Counted from the first letter of the whole stretch, positions 24,401 through 34,086 are shown. The stretch is DNA of 61,503 nt, filler included, from Stramenopiles sp. TOSAG23-6 (GCA_900128565.1; 4 parts of 4 records of this genome joined end to end with filler, not necessarily neighbours in it); one strand, 5' to 3'. Program-made: numbers and translations. The notes: generated by a model from the letters alone, not told the origin.

Positions 24401-26471
24401 TTCCCATGCTTTTAAAGCAATTGCTGCTGTTGGGGGTACCGACGAAGAAAAAATTGTGGGTGCAGGTGCTGCAGCAGGAATTGCAGCCTCCTCTAAGGGC
24501 CATTCACCTCTGACAGCTGGAAAAGCAGCAGCTTCTGCAGTAAAACTTGTTGGCGGAGGCCATAGTCAAATTGTAACAGCTGCAGGAAAAGCCGCCGGAG
24601 TCGCTCAACAAATGAAGCACGGGACGCCCGCTGAATCTGGTGCAACAGCAGCAAAGGCAGCTAAAAGAGCAGGGGGAAACATTGATGAATCTTGCCAGTG
24701 CGCAGGCAAAGCAGCTAGCGACACAGTACTGGTTCGTGGTGGGTCCCAGGGTCTGGCTGATGTCGAATCGGCTAAGGCGATTGAAGCAGCTAGAATTGCA
24801 TTTAATTCCGATGCTTCGTTTGACCATGTCAACTTGTCCAAAGAAGATCGCCAGCTATTGAAGAATGCAAAGGGCATGATAAAAGATGGTACGATTACTT
24901 TCCCTGAGTATCACGAGATGGAAAGGAAGTTTTTCGCCAAAGCAAAACGAAAAGGGAGAAGTTCCAAAAAGAAAAAAAGAGGCATCGACGCCTCGTTCTT
25001 CACCAAAGATGAACAAGATGCGTTGAAAAATGCGGAACAAATGTGGAAAGACGGTTTAATTTTGCCTGAAGAGCTTGGTCACATGCGAGAGTTAATATTT
25101 ACCAGCGTAGAAGAGCGTTCCGGAAGGAAAATCCCCGACCAAATACTTAAGGATATCGATACGGATGGGTGGGCCACTAAGCCACATCCATTGGAGGTTG
25201 CGTTAACAAAGCCGCAACCAGCTGAAGAAACTGAGAATTTAGCAATACTGGTGAGTGCGCGACGTATGTTCCAAGAGGGATTGATCTCCAAGGAAGAATT
25301 AGACGACCTTACTTTGACAGTAGAGAGTAAAAAGAAGGGTGATCCAGAATCGAAGAAAATAGACTTGGTTGATAAAATGGTATCCCTGTACGTTAAAGAA
25401 CACAATGGAAATCTGCCATTATCAACTGAACCCAAATCATTTACTATGTTTTTTGGGAAGCGATTTCCCGAAGCGAAGGTTAAATCAACAGAATTAGAAA
25501 TGGCTTTAAAGCGGTATAAATCATCACACAAGGCTGAGCTTCAGAGACATGCTTTTGTTGCTGAGAGAAAGAGGAATCAAACACTCGCAGTAAAAGCTGC
25601 AGACGCTGAAGACATGCGCCGCAGCGTTGAAGGAAATAAGCAAATGACAGATGCGGAACGAGCTACTTTTATTAAGAATCAGATACAACTCATTTCTAAA
25701 GCTCCAAAAGACACACACCCCCCGCCACCACCACCACCTACTGATTCAAACATACAATATGTACAAAAGGCAAAAACACACAGGAGGCATAAAAAACATT
25801 ACANTAAAACAAAAAATGATGGAGAACTACCAAAATACGACGGTGAAAATTTCCCCAAATCCCTTGAGAAAGCACTATCAATGTTTGAAGAGCACTTCAA
25901 GCGTTATCCTAATGATGCAAAGGAATTACATGGTTTTGTTAAATCTCTTTACAAGTTAAAACATAAACATTTGACTGCTGATTTTTCATATTCTAATTGC
26001 GTAGCTGTTTGGAATGCCAATATTAAAAAGGCACATTTAAAAGCAAAACTAAGGAAATCATATGAAAAAGAACAAAGAATAAAAGGGAAAGGTGTAAATA
26101 CCCCGGAAGGTGCACTAAAGCTTTTTATGAAAGAGCATGAAGGATCTCCACCTGTTAACTCTCAAGTACTTCTTGCTTTTGTTAGAAGCAAAGATAAGAA
26201 GACATCATTGACATATATTCAATTAAAAGAGTATCTAAAAAAATACAAAAGAAAGGGATCAATTAGAGAAGAAGAAGAAGAGAAAGAAAGTAAAAATTCA
26301 AACAATAGAAAATTGACGGCTACTGGAATGATCGAACTATTCAAGAAGCAACATAGTGGAAGTTTGCCTTCAAGCCCTCAACTTCTTAAAGCGTTCGCTA
26401 AGCAAGCAAAACCAGAGCTAGATTTAGATTATTCAGATTTAGCAGCAGCATTACTTCTTATGAAGAAATAA
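15450..26471 (+). CDS. Giant single-pass surface protein (probably 5'-truncated): TNFR/ephrin-like Cys repeats, long beta-rich ectodomain, TM helix, Ala/Gly-rich repeats, SHOCT-like and C-terminal helical repeats
   Basis: 3673-aa uninterrupted ORF; CxxCPxGxF repeats; TM AVAIGIAIIAGFIISFILCLY. Confidence 0.85.
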   Translation: MSKVPDHQCTHIKSCPVGEELQKCTPASDTTCIPCKENMVKLSTGLGKCKPCAPKLECKGMNMSFKKCTNSTEGFCSPCTYELGSCLAGTIPTKCNTCEPCPENTFAIRGSNYCEKCTPSSRVKCLAGEVKVKCSKTQDTHCTACPEGKYIEEDSKIGAKCKECVKPRPCGIASTFHKCFGGYSGGCQSCTNEIKEPTYITKIEGKYQCRRCTQQNCKVGFEFEACSAHSDSKCKRCPKGTWSNGNISKCEACKTPLCKRGHGPIACTAERNTVCSICEKGKFSDGTSACQECTHPLCQAGYHVVPCTTTHDSSCRKKACGRSAHMYYKSSIDEDVVNSVLMYPLDVFPPNHPLVNGDMTCSQMFKPLTNLPILAKSRRNCVKDLNAMELLIADGWPLQNSKFALKANSNWMFWNQDLDEQNYFVFGLTPGESMTVNISIDASESLEDGEFLKAEYFNSEIYPNIKPKFEWNKCSVKKVKSHENCFAWNASTGKGTMQWYLEKPNNIEVSALIIGPFPDRRSCFKINYSLGTLNNLSTYKFMEWDSISAVLKPKEFSYQAVQNGIKICLDKKDCPDFHHYTSDTVNTITKTKSGYKWSSQFSLWLPAVRKKEHFNRKLAADETDDEVAGVDDLNSKDVLVLTKSISNILQEVSDYASSQTDMHIVGISRSVVQTTENLTLYEIKYSVSMPGNKYKEVTSSFAGLIQTGRFQTELKKQGHEAGISTFSLLNADEICCLHILDGTRKISSAHLYEGKPRWKGISSSLSWKTSPNECNLLSGYCDVHFELTNTYMECAWDDPECGALPKCCHDKTNPSLCEKEDPRTGVTNPICGEGNFALPGNFDFGDGSPPKDLSKKDSPRGVFKYYDAEMGYTTFTTKLKHTYSVTENIGETTFEATFIDTRGRLISCGSNLKSSEICTRSSGGSQFGSWTKVRIRKAQQLSKEGIHYPDDFSSPISNISPIISVFIGDEQLIPISAFDSSSSGLLFRLSSNDEVSSSNSAILKALGLQFLNGPQLTNSKGQRGMNPLIQSTGSHGYIKWDTTDMPAGLYPIRVTIMDGSGNESATEFTIRLVDTIFGCSPGCPSDSIEEKTKCTKSCTNDSQCECGSCLPLPRPQIKGIRTIITPPKCDMILNNISSTTSDTLISVVKTNVLPDNAVFIPGEPSNPRASAVRWTPKMSSGGESFHIEMHASICHGENSQGIESIPFTTKIHVPSVPMQLVIRPFHDLRLCESLIGKLTWTDVGAAMGLHNTFDIDICPHKNPKEFKNGGCINIDTNIQNACKIGPSENAGLCSLQHANSLLGALKKQAEKWKIPQRMENIPYIIRISSSRFKSCQRSVRSQPFNIIFPAVDITFVIPTITDVCNGYSLMRTCKTQVVISSLVQQHNVKLELCGSDVSRNTPCHFLETRSIPQGTSNFAFIVPDYDTTMKLGLGNVLYLRASSPCAKPSDSTAFEVYPPPVMDVLNSKFFENSKLYKGAVYSIHMRIATKMLVDNIDNRGLTLHICKDDNICEAFTRSKTSSNANIITEGISFSYFTENITDVKLSWAVPSVFVPGNYKFKIGFANKFCSPKKIIPFSVSSKWPSDSLKLISPIESRDLYYCNSGVLKWKVREELKGVLLNITADMIPNTGDRFKLIRKSTSNDIIEFDEIFYGNNVSKGAIVITLGVANEPLKSLVPKLKASFTLASIGTKANAGNAIRIIEPSNGDRWEHCKDQKVEWVANLFPSKGFSIYICKPNWDGSKCASKKDIVVLATGVMETEFTVESLNSEWIGPYILGVTPTGDLESKCITPSYVKIIFSTMYIDDNELFRIGGPLPETTFNLQNPNKDSSVKFENCRSYNAMWAGTDEFELSIEMCPTLKNKCVTLPFDPSDDLVGLHKNILHSKITLPSQTNLGQGEYDISMIGYKKGSNRTGGKCMTSKSVRIPITKYRSRDRPMKMQLFHIGKAIQRCDTAEFPWYLGDLVKSADITVTYNKYNSESNKSWLGKVVSHVHTTDQYYKIVFQPDWPLGVYDIVIKAYKDKENRYTGSCVPPLIHSFTLNMAQISIIRNNNDDTTLKSSAANGKQHTRRLEDKAYEAWRQDCGHTIKWRIPDITPGTVSVYLCRESIHKSPETKISGCLLITKNMPRSTGEIVLFHSSLAPKPPPSTIHDEGRDNRRHLFDVRALVVGDFRHKKYDRKHPGGYAVNLDVGELYYMRIVPGEEDASCINPDELPIIIDSYKIQESPEYTYQQSSSNDESNWLRHPKEERRPNRPIRSSGRRADRPVRRGGRRRLVSTCIIPGLNVFEGGIDYTVPAPAPVVVDHSKIVTKKDKTSADSYVRYVTVFGFRVRESKRKQAVAIGIAIIAGFIISFILCLYRILGCLLQGKHKDVKKDDSPLDHMRDNPLMLSTQNHKSTEELQKLHFSKAFNEHRSYDNNARTAVEEKRKLLLQEKEISYVDVGVVAAQEARDVAGSLYSQVTAAGIAVAEICARNGNDISDTAKLVTQAAQQAGGNEFEIFETVGISASFIGLNKKDSLANIGLSAARIVERIGGPRVDIILAAARASAYASKARKHKPIEVGTSAAVAAAAAGGTVAEIAKIAGETAGQAEIESGGTYLSAGKVAAKAASKSGGTVAEIIAAAGAAAGAAATADGKLGHEVGAVAASSAVEAGGSVAQCAEAAGLAAGICETRGGGITVEVASVAARAAIAAGGVRNVVAQVAAKAATISEMQYNCTPIEAGVVAMDAAEAALGSVPLIIAAAGEAAAYVKYRKGGIAAACGLAAMKSAEDAGGTATEIAKAAGMGAAMAKINRGKSSVSTGSAAVKAAKAAGADPQLAAYIGGIAAGLSQIIKGSSASKAGVAAEKACRAAGGDVSTQASVAGESAGLYQIKASRSVSTVGISAAKAAKAAGGSKRDIALASGKSAGAAESALGKPPEIAGSSAAIAAKLAGGSLAEQAAAAGAAAAANIAGYGTHADEVTAAGKAAGVAAMLAGGTTDASGSHAFKAIAAVGGTDEEKIVGAGAAAGIAASSKGHSPLTAGKAAASAVKLVGGGHSQIVTAAGKAAGVAQQMKHGTPAESGATAAKAAKRAGGNIDESCQCAGKAASDTVLVRGGSQGLADVESAKAIEAARIAFNSDASFDHVNLSKEDRQLLKNAKGMIKDGTITFPEYHEMERKFFAKAKRKGRSSKKKKRGIDASFFTKDEQDALKNAEQMWKDGLILPEELGHMRELIFTSVEERSGRKIPDQILKDIDTDGWATKPHPLEVALTKPQPAEETENLAILVSARRMFQEGLISKEELDDLTLTVESKKKGDPESKKIDLVDKMVSLYVKEHNGNLPLSTEPKSFTMFFGKRFPEAKVKSTELEMALKRYKSSHKAELQRHAFVAERKRNQTLAVKAADAEDMRRSVEGNKQMTDAERATFIKNQIQLISKAPKDTHPPPPPPPTDSNIQYVQKAKTHRRHKKHYXKTKNDGELPKYDGENFPKSLEKALSMFEEHFKRYPNDAKELHGFVKSLYKLKHKHLTADFSYSNCVAVWNANIKKAHLKAKLRKSYEKEQRIKGKGVNTPEGALKLFMKEHEGSPPVNSQVLLAFVRSKDKKTSLTYIQLKEYLKKYKRKGSIREEEEEKESKNSNNRKLTATGMIELFKKQHSGSLPSSPQLLKAFAKQAKPELDLDYSDLAAALLLMKK

Positions 26472-26742
26472 TATTTCGCTATTCATTCAATTTAATAAAC
26501 TAATAGAATTATCATTATATCACATTAATTTACATTGTTTTGTTTTTTTAATTTTTTAATTTGGCATTACCTCGAACCCTAACCCTCGACTCGACTCGAT
26601 TTCGATTTCGAGATGGAACTTGCGCGAACAAAAATCCTCGAAAGATTCGAATGAGATTCGAATCTAAAATTTTGAAATAAAAGATAATATTTTCCTGTGA
26701 TTTCAGAATAGAGATTCAAAAGGTTATCGAAGCATATCGAAG

Positions 26743-27444
26743 ATGAGGGTAATTTCTATGATGTTTTATGCACTTTCTCTAGCATCTTGTACTTTTGCGG
26801 CGGAGACAACATCTGATGGAACTTCAAGCCAGCCAACAACTCAAGATACTCCACAAACGCCCCCTGTTGAAGAGGAGACCCCTGAGGAGTCTAAAGTTCC
26901 TAGTGCTGATGATTGTCCGTATCAACGGGAGGGTGCAGGATATGAAGAATACCGCACTGCGGCTATAATTTATAAGTCACAGAAAAATTTTGCGGAGGCT
27001 GAGGGATGTTTCAAGGCTGCTCTCCGCACTACCTTCAGTACATTTGCTGCATTATCTGAACTCAACTTTCAGCGTAACGACTTGGCTGGTGCTTTGGCTT
27101 ACGCAGAGGTACTAGTAAACATGGATCGCACTGGAGATGCATCAATGATATATGCAATTAGACTCATGCAAGTGAATGAACATGAAAAGGCATTACCGTT
27201 GTTGGAACAACTTGCAAAGAGTAATCCTGAGAATGCAGGAATTTGGCATAAACTCGGAATTGCAACTTTACGTACTATTGGAACAAAAGAAGCTGTCCCA
27301 TTGATTGCTCGCGCTGCCGAGTTAAATCCAGATGTATTTGGCGATGAACTTGAAAGTGTTAAAAGCTTACTTTCGGAGCAGGAAAATGCATCAGACAACA
27401 ATGACACGGAGTTAAAGGTTTCAGAAGAACCTCAAGAGTTGTAG
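26743..27444 (+). CDS. Secreted TPR-repeat protein
   Basis: Signal peptide; TPR-like helices (AEAEGCFKAAL, NPENAGIWHKLG, AAELNP). Confidence 0.75.
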   Translation: MRVISMMFYALSLASCTFAAETTSDGTSSQPTTQDTPQTPPVEEETPEESKVPSADDCPYQREGAGYEEYRTAAIIYKSQKNFAEAEGCFKAALRTTFSTFAALSELNFQRNDLAGALAYAEVLVNMDRTGDASMIYAIRLMQVNEHEKALPLLEQLAKSNPENAGIWHKLGIATLRTIGTKEAVPLIARAAELNPDVFGDELESVKSLLSEQENASDNNDTELKVSEEPQEL

Positions 27445-27578
27445 TAATTCTCTATATACGTAGGTATATCCGTAGTGTATGGTATTGCGCAATACACTTT
27501 TACTTTTCTATCGAAGACCATTTCGACAAGATTAATACATCAATAAAGCGATATATACATGTATACATACTTTGTTTA

Positions 27579-29485
27579 TTATAAACTCAAATCTTCAAGA
27601 ATTTTTCCTGCTCTAGCTTCAACTCGAATTTTCCCACCTCCAACTTTTTGTGCGATGTCTTTCTTTCTTCTCTCATATACTTTGGAAAAATATTTCAAAA
27701 AAAAATCGTTAGGTACAGAATTTCGTACGAAAAAAAAATCGAATTTGAAAAAAAATAAAGCATACATTAATTTTCCTAACTTTTTGTAAACGCAATTCTT
27801 CTTTTTTTCGTTGTCTGGCATGCATCTTATTCATTCGAATTGTATTTGATTCCCATCTCCTGCCATTTGGCAGTCGACCCTTCCATATAAATTTTTCTAC
27901 ACTAGATGTCATTATACTGCTATTTGTGCAAAAAGGGGTTTTATTTTTTTGCCTATTATTTCTTTCCACAATGCGATTCGCTCTATTAGTAGAGCCATTA
28001 CCCAGATATGCACGATTTCTACCTAATTCAGGTAACGGTTCTGCCCATTCTGGCATTTTCCCATAACGAGATCTAATACTTCTTTTTTTTGGTTCTATAT
28101 CCATTGGTGCTCTGTATGAAGTAACTATATTACGAATGCCTGAAAATTTAGCAAATGTAGGAAGAGGGACCGATCCTTCGATGGGCTTTCTTGGATAGTC
28201 GACAGCGTTTCCAACTACTTCACCTATCGATGCAACACGTTGTTGGGAAGAGCACCCAAAATCAGGTTGTGCTATTGACCATCCTCTGCGTGAGTTTCCG
28301 TAACCTCCTCCTCGAACTCCAGCTTTGTATTTGCCTGAACACATATATTTTGGAAAAATATTTCAAAAAAATAATCGTTAGGTACAAAATTTCGTACGAA
28401 ATAAAATAGAATTTGAAAAAAAGTAAAACATACATACCGGTCATTTGTATATCATGAGCATAAGAATCATTCAACTGATTCAACCTGCTTTTCTGAAGAT
28501 TCACTGGAGCTAAATCCATCCGAAAACTTCGTTTACGACTACTCGCAGCCTCTATCGCCTTTGCGTATTCGTTATCAGTATTGTTGCGTATCGAATCTTT
28601 TGCACGTACAGCAGCCAATGATAGTAAGCCTGCAGAAGCCACAGTCGATAAACGGGATTTTTCAATTCTTGATTCTTTATTTGTATTTTTACTATTTTTT
28701 GAAGTCATCGAGATATGTGTAAACGGAATGCTACTTGTATATTCTATACTCTCACGTTGTTCAATTGTATTTGCTTCACTCGGGTATTCTTCACTAAAAG
28801 TGAGATCTGTTGAACCATTTTGTCCTTCTGAATTTTTCTGAGAAACACTAGGGGGAGAGTCAGCTCTGCGAGGATGTCTCACATCATTATATAAATTATC
28901 ATTTGTGGTATTTTTACCCCTATTGTTTTTAGTATCTGAAGTTTCTTTCGATTTTGTTCGAGCAGTAGAATCCACACTTCTTCTTATATCTCTTGAAAGT
29001 CTGTTCTTCAATTTTTTTTCAATATTTCTTTGAGGAGGTATCTTTACCTCTTGCACACTTGACTTTGCATCTGGATGAGTTATTTCCTGCTCATCATATC
29101 TCAATTTAGCCTTTTCAAATGCATTTTGACGTTCTTTCTCTGCGATTAGAGAAAAATTATACGTCTCGGGATTTATTAACTTTTTAGCTAGGCGTTTTCC
29201 ATATTCTACATTTTGGCTACTAGCTTCCGCTAATATTTGCGACGTATTCCGCCGAAGATGAGGTGGAAGAAGTTCCTCCTGAGTCATCATTTCTATGCGT
29301 TCTTTCCAACCATCTAACAAATCAGTTTCAGCTTTCTTCTTCACTTTAGATAATGTATTCGCAAGCTTCGCAGCCTCACTCTTTTGCTTTAATGCTCTTA
29401 AACTACGAAGGGAACGTTCTCTAATGGCAGTGTCTAAGGCACGCTGAGTGTTTACTGCAGCGACAGCCCCAAGAATACTCGGCAT
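27579..29485 (-). CDS. Hypothetical protein; exons 29485-28434, 28342-27766, 27674-27579
   Basis: Three ORFs join in frame after removing two family introns. Confidence 0.75.
27675..27765 (-). mobile_element. Family intron, GT..AT, 91 nt
   Basis: RKIN|ERRKK. Confidence 0.85.
28343..28433 (-). mobile_element. Family intron, GT..AT, 91 nt
   Basis: MTGM|CSGK; TATGT direct repeat. Confidence 0.85.
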
Positions 29486-29739
29486 TGTTGATTGGACTTC
29501 TTACAATATTCGAATGTATAGTGCAAATGAATATGATTATCAGATATTGCACACTCCAGATGAATATTGGGAGTCAATTCTAATTTCTAACTCGAAAAGT
29601 GATATATATATATCGGGGAAGTGATGAGTTAGTAACCGTTACGGTTTTTGAAGAAAAGCAGGTTTGTGACAAGGTGTTTTTTCAAGAAATTTATTAATGC
29701 AATTATATAATACTAGGTATTTATATTTTTTTTAACAAA

Positions 29740-30752
29740 TCACCAAGGGAATAACAGTGGGTTAGGGTTATCACCTTTCTTATTTTCACTAGTAACATTT
29801 CCCCCCAACAAAGGATTTACTAACCACTTTTCAAATGCACCTACTGACGCATGTGTCGTAGTTTTGTTATAGGGCATATCAGCTATTCCATTTGGTATTG
29901 ATTTATTACATTGCTCTTCAAAGTATTTACTACAAATAGAACATTCACCTCCTAAGAATTTGCCAATATTACCCTTGGCTAGGGAATCGCAAGCACCAAC
30001 CGTTTTAGAAAAAGTTAAAACACATTCATTACATATTGTATTTTGAGTTGTTGATAACTGAGTTACATTCTGGTTATATGTAGGGTTGTCTGGTGGTGCT
30101 CCCCACATTCCATTCTGCCAGCTTTGCATAGAGAGATTATGAACACTCGCCCAATTCGATATTTGCTGAATTGAATTATTTTCACCATTTTTAGTATCAG
30201 GAGAAAAACAAAGATAATCGACACTTATGTGTGCTTCTCCACATGGTTTTATATCTTTCAGAGAGTTATACCAATAAACACCAGCACTCACTGTTTTATT
30301 ACTATCTTCACCAGGACCCACAACTCTCCAATCTTGTTCAAATCCACACTCTTTCATTGTGTGTAATGATACCATGTATTTTGGAAAAATATTTCAAAAA
30401 AAAAACTAAAATTTGTTAGGTACAACATTTCGTACGAAAAATAAATTCGAAATTGAAAAAAAATCAAACATATATACACCTTCCTTTTGGCAACCCATTC
30501 GAACATTCTTCATCTTTAAATATATGCTTTCTACAAGATCCATTTTCCTGGTTGACTGGAAGTTCTGCTAAGTTATCCAAGTCCAAATTTGTTGAAGATG
30601 AATCATCAATATCCGCTACAAAAGGCATCACATGTATTGTGAAAAAATCACGAAATCATGAAAAATATCGTTAGGTACAAAATTTCGTACGAAAAAACAT
30701 AAATTCGAAATTGAAAAAAATAAAACACACATGATTACTGAAACATAAATCT
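29740..30752 (-). CDS. Hypothetical Cys-containing protein, 5'-truncated; exons 30752-30731, 30631-30474, 30373-29740
   Basis: Frame continuous after removing two family introns. Confidence 0.7.
30374..30473 (-). mobile_element. Family intron, donor position ATATGT, ends AT, 100 nt
   Basis: GRCM|VSLH; a GT..AT register shifted by 4 nt is also in frame. Confidence 0.75.
30632..30730 (-). mobile_element. Family intron, GT..AT, 99 nt
   Basis: GTGTGT donor; CATGTG direct repeat. Confidence 0.8.
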
Positions 30753-30852
30753 NNNNNNNNNNNNNNNNNNNNNNNNNNNNNNNNNNNNNNNNNNNNTTAA
30801 TTAATTAANNNNNNNNNNNNNNNNNNNNNNNNNNNNNNNNNNNNNNNNNNNN
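30753..30852. other. Artificial contig spacer
   Basis: N-run with TTAATTAATTAA. Confidence 0.95.
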
Positions 30853-30906
30853 GTACGAAAATTTGTACCTAACGATTTTTTTTTGAAATATTTTTCCGAA
30901 ATACAT
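30853..30906 (+). mobile_element. Family intron, 3' half at contig start, ends AT
   Basis: Core plus CCGAAATACAT. Confidence 0.8.
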
Positions 30907-32602
30907 GGTCAAAACGGGGATTTGCTCGGTCAGTTGGAATTATGGGAAGGTCAATCCATCTCACAAGCAGTACAAGTTTTCTGTAGTAATAAAAATATCA
31001 ATGCAAAGCAATGTGCATCTATCCTATCTAATATATGCGCATCAGAATCTTTTGAATGTGGTGTTGTATGTATGTTTTAATTTTTTTGTATGAATTTTTT
31101 TTTCGTACGAAAGTTTGTACCTAACAATTTTTTTATGATTTTTTTTTGAAATATTTTTCCAAAATACATTTAGTTTAGAAGTAAAAGGTCCACCAAAACT
31201 AAAGAAACCGATTCTAGGTTTTGAAGCAGGAAATGCTATAGAAAGAGCCGCTGCTTTGAAAGAATGGGAAACACAAAAAAGAGAACCAATTGTACAGGGG
31301 GAATCCCAATTAGTACAAGGAGAAATTCTTGGTAGGTTAGAAATCCTAAGTGGTCAAGAACCATCCAAAGTAATTGCTCACTTTTGCAAACTTCATGAAC
31401 TCTCAGCTGCACATTGTAAGTGGATAATGCAAAAGGTTTGTGCAAATATTGGAGGCGGAAATGGCGTTATTTGTAATACCCATTATCAAATCTATGACCT
31501 TAATGTCACTATAGCAGATGGATCTGTGGCTAAATTTGTATTACACTTAGGTATAGAACCTATTGATGCTGCGTGGACCTTTTGTGATTCTAATGGAGTG
31601 CCAAACGATTTCGCTCACCAACTTTTAGATAATATATGCAAAAGTGAAACAAATCCTGGAGGCGTAGTTTGTTCACGACGTCGTGTTGCGCAATATTCGC
31701 ACGCTGTGGAATGGGCTTCTGGTGATGATTCAAATACTGGAGTCCTAGAATTTAAAACAGAAGTAGCTATTTATGGTGGTGAAGAACCGATTGATGCGTT
31801 GTATCGAACATTTGTTGAAAAGGGATTACCTATGAACCGTCGATGGACATCTTTATTGAAATTATGCCAAATTTTTCAATGTAAAAGAGGCGATGCTTTA
31901 CTTGCACAATTACCAGTTCAAAAGGAGGATAAGACAAAGACTCTAAAAATATATGAAGGTCACGAGCCTGTAGATCAAGTTTTTGCATTTGTGTTCAAAC
32001 ATGCTATGGAGAAGAATTTTGATATGATTATGGATACGGTGTGTAAAACAAAAAATGTTATTTGTCACCGAGCAGATGGACTACCAAAATTATTCGAATT
32101 ACCGATTGTTTATTACAATGTTGAACATAAAGTAACCTGGTATGGCACAGCTGATCACTATGAATGTCGAACAACAGAGAGAGGTGAAGAATGTCGGCAT
32201 CGCCTTTTGATACTTACTGAACAATTCTGTAACAAGTTTTTTAAGCCACCAGGAAATTGTGAAAGAGATATGATGAAAATGTTTTCTACACAATTAAAAA
32301 AAATTGATGCCAAAAACTGGAAAGGTAAACAATACTATAAAACTTTAGGGCTAAAAAAAGATGCTTCACCGTCAGCGATTGAAGAGGCCTACAGACGCGA
32401 ATCTTTACGTACAACAGCTGATAGAGATCCAGATAGAAAATGGGAATTAGAACAAGCTTACAAAACACTTGGGAATCCTGTGGATAGAGCTTTCTATGAT
32501 CAGCCTTGTAAGAAGTTTGCTGGATTAGCAGGAATGTGTGCTAAAATGACACCTGGTGGTGGAATGAATATTGAAGTCGGTCACCCAGATGCGGATGATT
32601 AA
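30907..32602 (+). CDS. Repeat-containing protein with C-terminal J-like (DnaJ) domain, 5'-truncated; exons 30907-31069, 31170-32602
   Basis: YYKTLGLKKDAS...IEEAYRR...AYKTLGNPVDRAFYD; ~65-aa Cys-bounded repeats. Confidence 0.75.
31070..31169 (+). mobile_element. Family intron, GT..AT, 100 nt
   Basis: CGVVF|SLEVK; the two nearest AGs give immediate stops. Confidence 0.8.
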
Positions 32603-32675
32603 ATACGAATTTTAGGATAATTTTAGGATGATATGTTATTCTTTATAAAAACTGAATTGTTTTATTTCTTGTTCT

Positions 32676-33260
32676 TTAGAAAAGATCTCGTTTGATAATG
32701 GGAAGAGTTACCGAAAGTTCTCCGTTTTCTGAGTTAAACTTTGCTTTCCCATCTTTTTCGTGTACTTCATGGGGTAGAGCAAGTTTCAATCTATAATTTG
32801 CAGATTGTGCAATCAATACAGTACGAGTTACATCTAATTCTATATCACATAGCTTGCATCCGGGAAATCGAACAAGTACAACAATAAATTGACAGTCTGT
32901 TGACGACGGAGTAGACCCACTCATTCCCAGATACATATCCTCAGATGATACATTCTGTTTATATTGAATTTTATACGGCGGACGAGGTCGTTGATCGGCA
33001 ACATCAAGCTCTACATCAACTTTCTCGGGAATTTCATCATCTGCCCATATATCTTTTGTATCAACTTTATTTTCTATTGTAACAACTTTACCCATCGCCG
33101 CGGCGTATTCATCGGGTTCATCTCTGTAGTTGTTCTGACCTACTGTAGCAGGGGAAAATTTTACTACTTGGTTATTTTCTGCATTGTTTGTAGCAATATT
33201 CTGTGCTCCCTGGATGAATGATGAAAGAGCTGAAATATCATTGGGTGAAGTGAATGCCAT
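32676..33260 (-). CDS. DNAAF6: Dynein axonemal assembly factor PIH1D3/DNAAF6
   Basis: PxYKIQYKQNVSSEDMYLGMSGSTPSSTDC motif plus CS domain; ATG at 33260. Confidence 0.85.
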   Translation of the reverse strand: MAFTSPNDISALSSFIQGAQNIATNNAENNQVVKFSPATVGQNNYRDEPDEYAAAMGKVVTIENKVDTKDIWADDEIPEKVDVELDVADQRPRPPYKIQYKQNVSSEDMYLGMSGSTPSSTDCQFIVVLVRFPGCKLCDIELDVTRTVLIAQSANYRLKLALPHEVHEKDGKAKFNSENGELSVTLPIIKRDLF

Positions 33261-33478
33261 CGTTTCAAATTTGAAGTGTTTTTCTGGGTCTTCTTCTTCA
33301 CCATGTATAAGATACGAGAGAGAAACTGAGAAAAACAACGGAGTTAATTAACGGTTTCAATTTCCGGTTTTCCGGTTTTGGGGGTTTTGTTTTCAAATTT
33401 GAAATTCAAAATCAATCGAATGAAAAACCGAAAGCAAGCCATTTGAAAATTTCAAAAAAATACTATTTTTGAAAAAAG

Positions 33479-34006
33479 ATGATATACATATGGATTGTTT
33501 TACTGTTGCATTTTTCAGATGCGAAGCATACAATAACAAAAAGGCAATTAAGATCTACAGTTAATATTGATTGTAACATGCGGAGTTGTACAGATTGTGT
33601 GCCGAATCGATCTTGTGGTTGGTGCGTTGATAGTGGTAGTTGTATGGTAGTAGGAAGCAAAGAAATTTGCCCTGGAGGTTGGGTTCAAATTGAATCAACA
33701 TTCAGAGACAGTTTTATTATGCCTGCAGAAGATATGATAGCATTAAACGATAATATTTATAAAAATTGCCAAGACCAAATAAGATTCCGAGAAATGAAAC
33801 GAGCAGAATTAGTCCAACACGAAATTATTGACAACGCAAGAGATAGACTAGAATATGAAAGTTGTTCCAGTTGCTATGGTGATTGGCCGCATTGTAATTG
33901 CGAGAAAAATAATCCTCCTGAAGATGATTTGGAACATTCTCTTCCTTTTACTGTATTACGTAACGATAGAGGTAATGCAATTAGTGCTAATTATATGACT
34001 AAATAA
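33479..34006 (+). CDS. Secreted PSI-domain protein
   Basis: Hydrophobic N-terminus; CNMRSCTDCVPNRSCGWCVDSGSC. Confidence 0.65.
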   Translation: MIYIWIVLLLHFSDAKHTITKRQLRSTVNIDCNMRSCTDCVPNRSCGWCVDSGSCMVVGSKEICPGGWVQIESTFRDSFIMPAEDMIALNDNIYKNCQDQIRFREMKRAELVQHEIIDNARDRLEYESCSSCYGDWPHCNCEKNNPPEDDLEHSLPFTVLRNDRGNAISANYMTK

Positions 34007-34086
34007 ATTTCTTCACTTGTAGCATTTTATATAATAACTTTCGTTAAAATTCATCACGAAAAATAAATACATACAATGAATCATAC

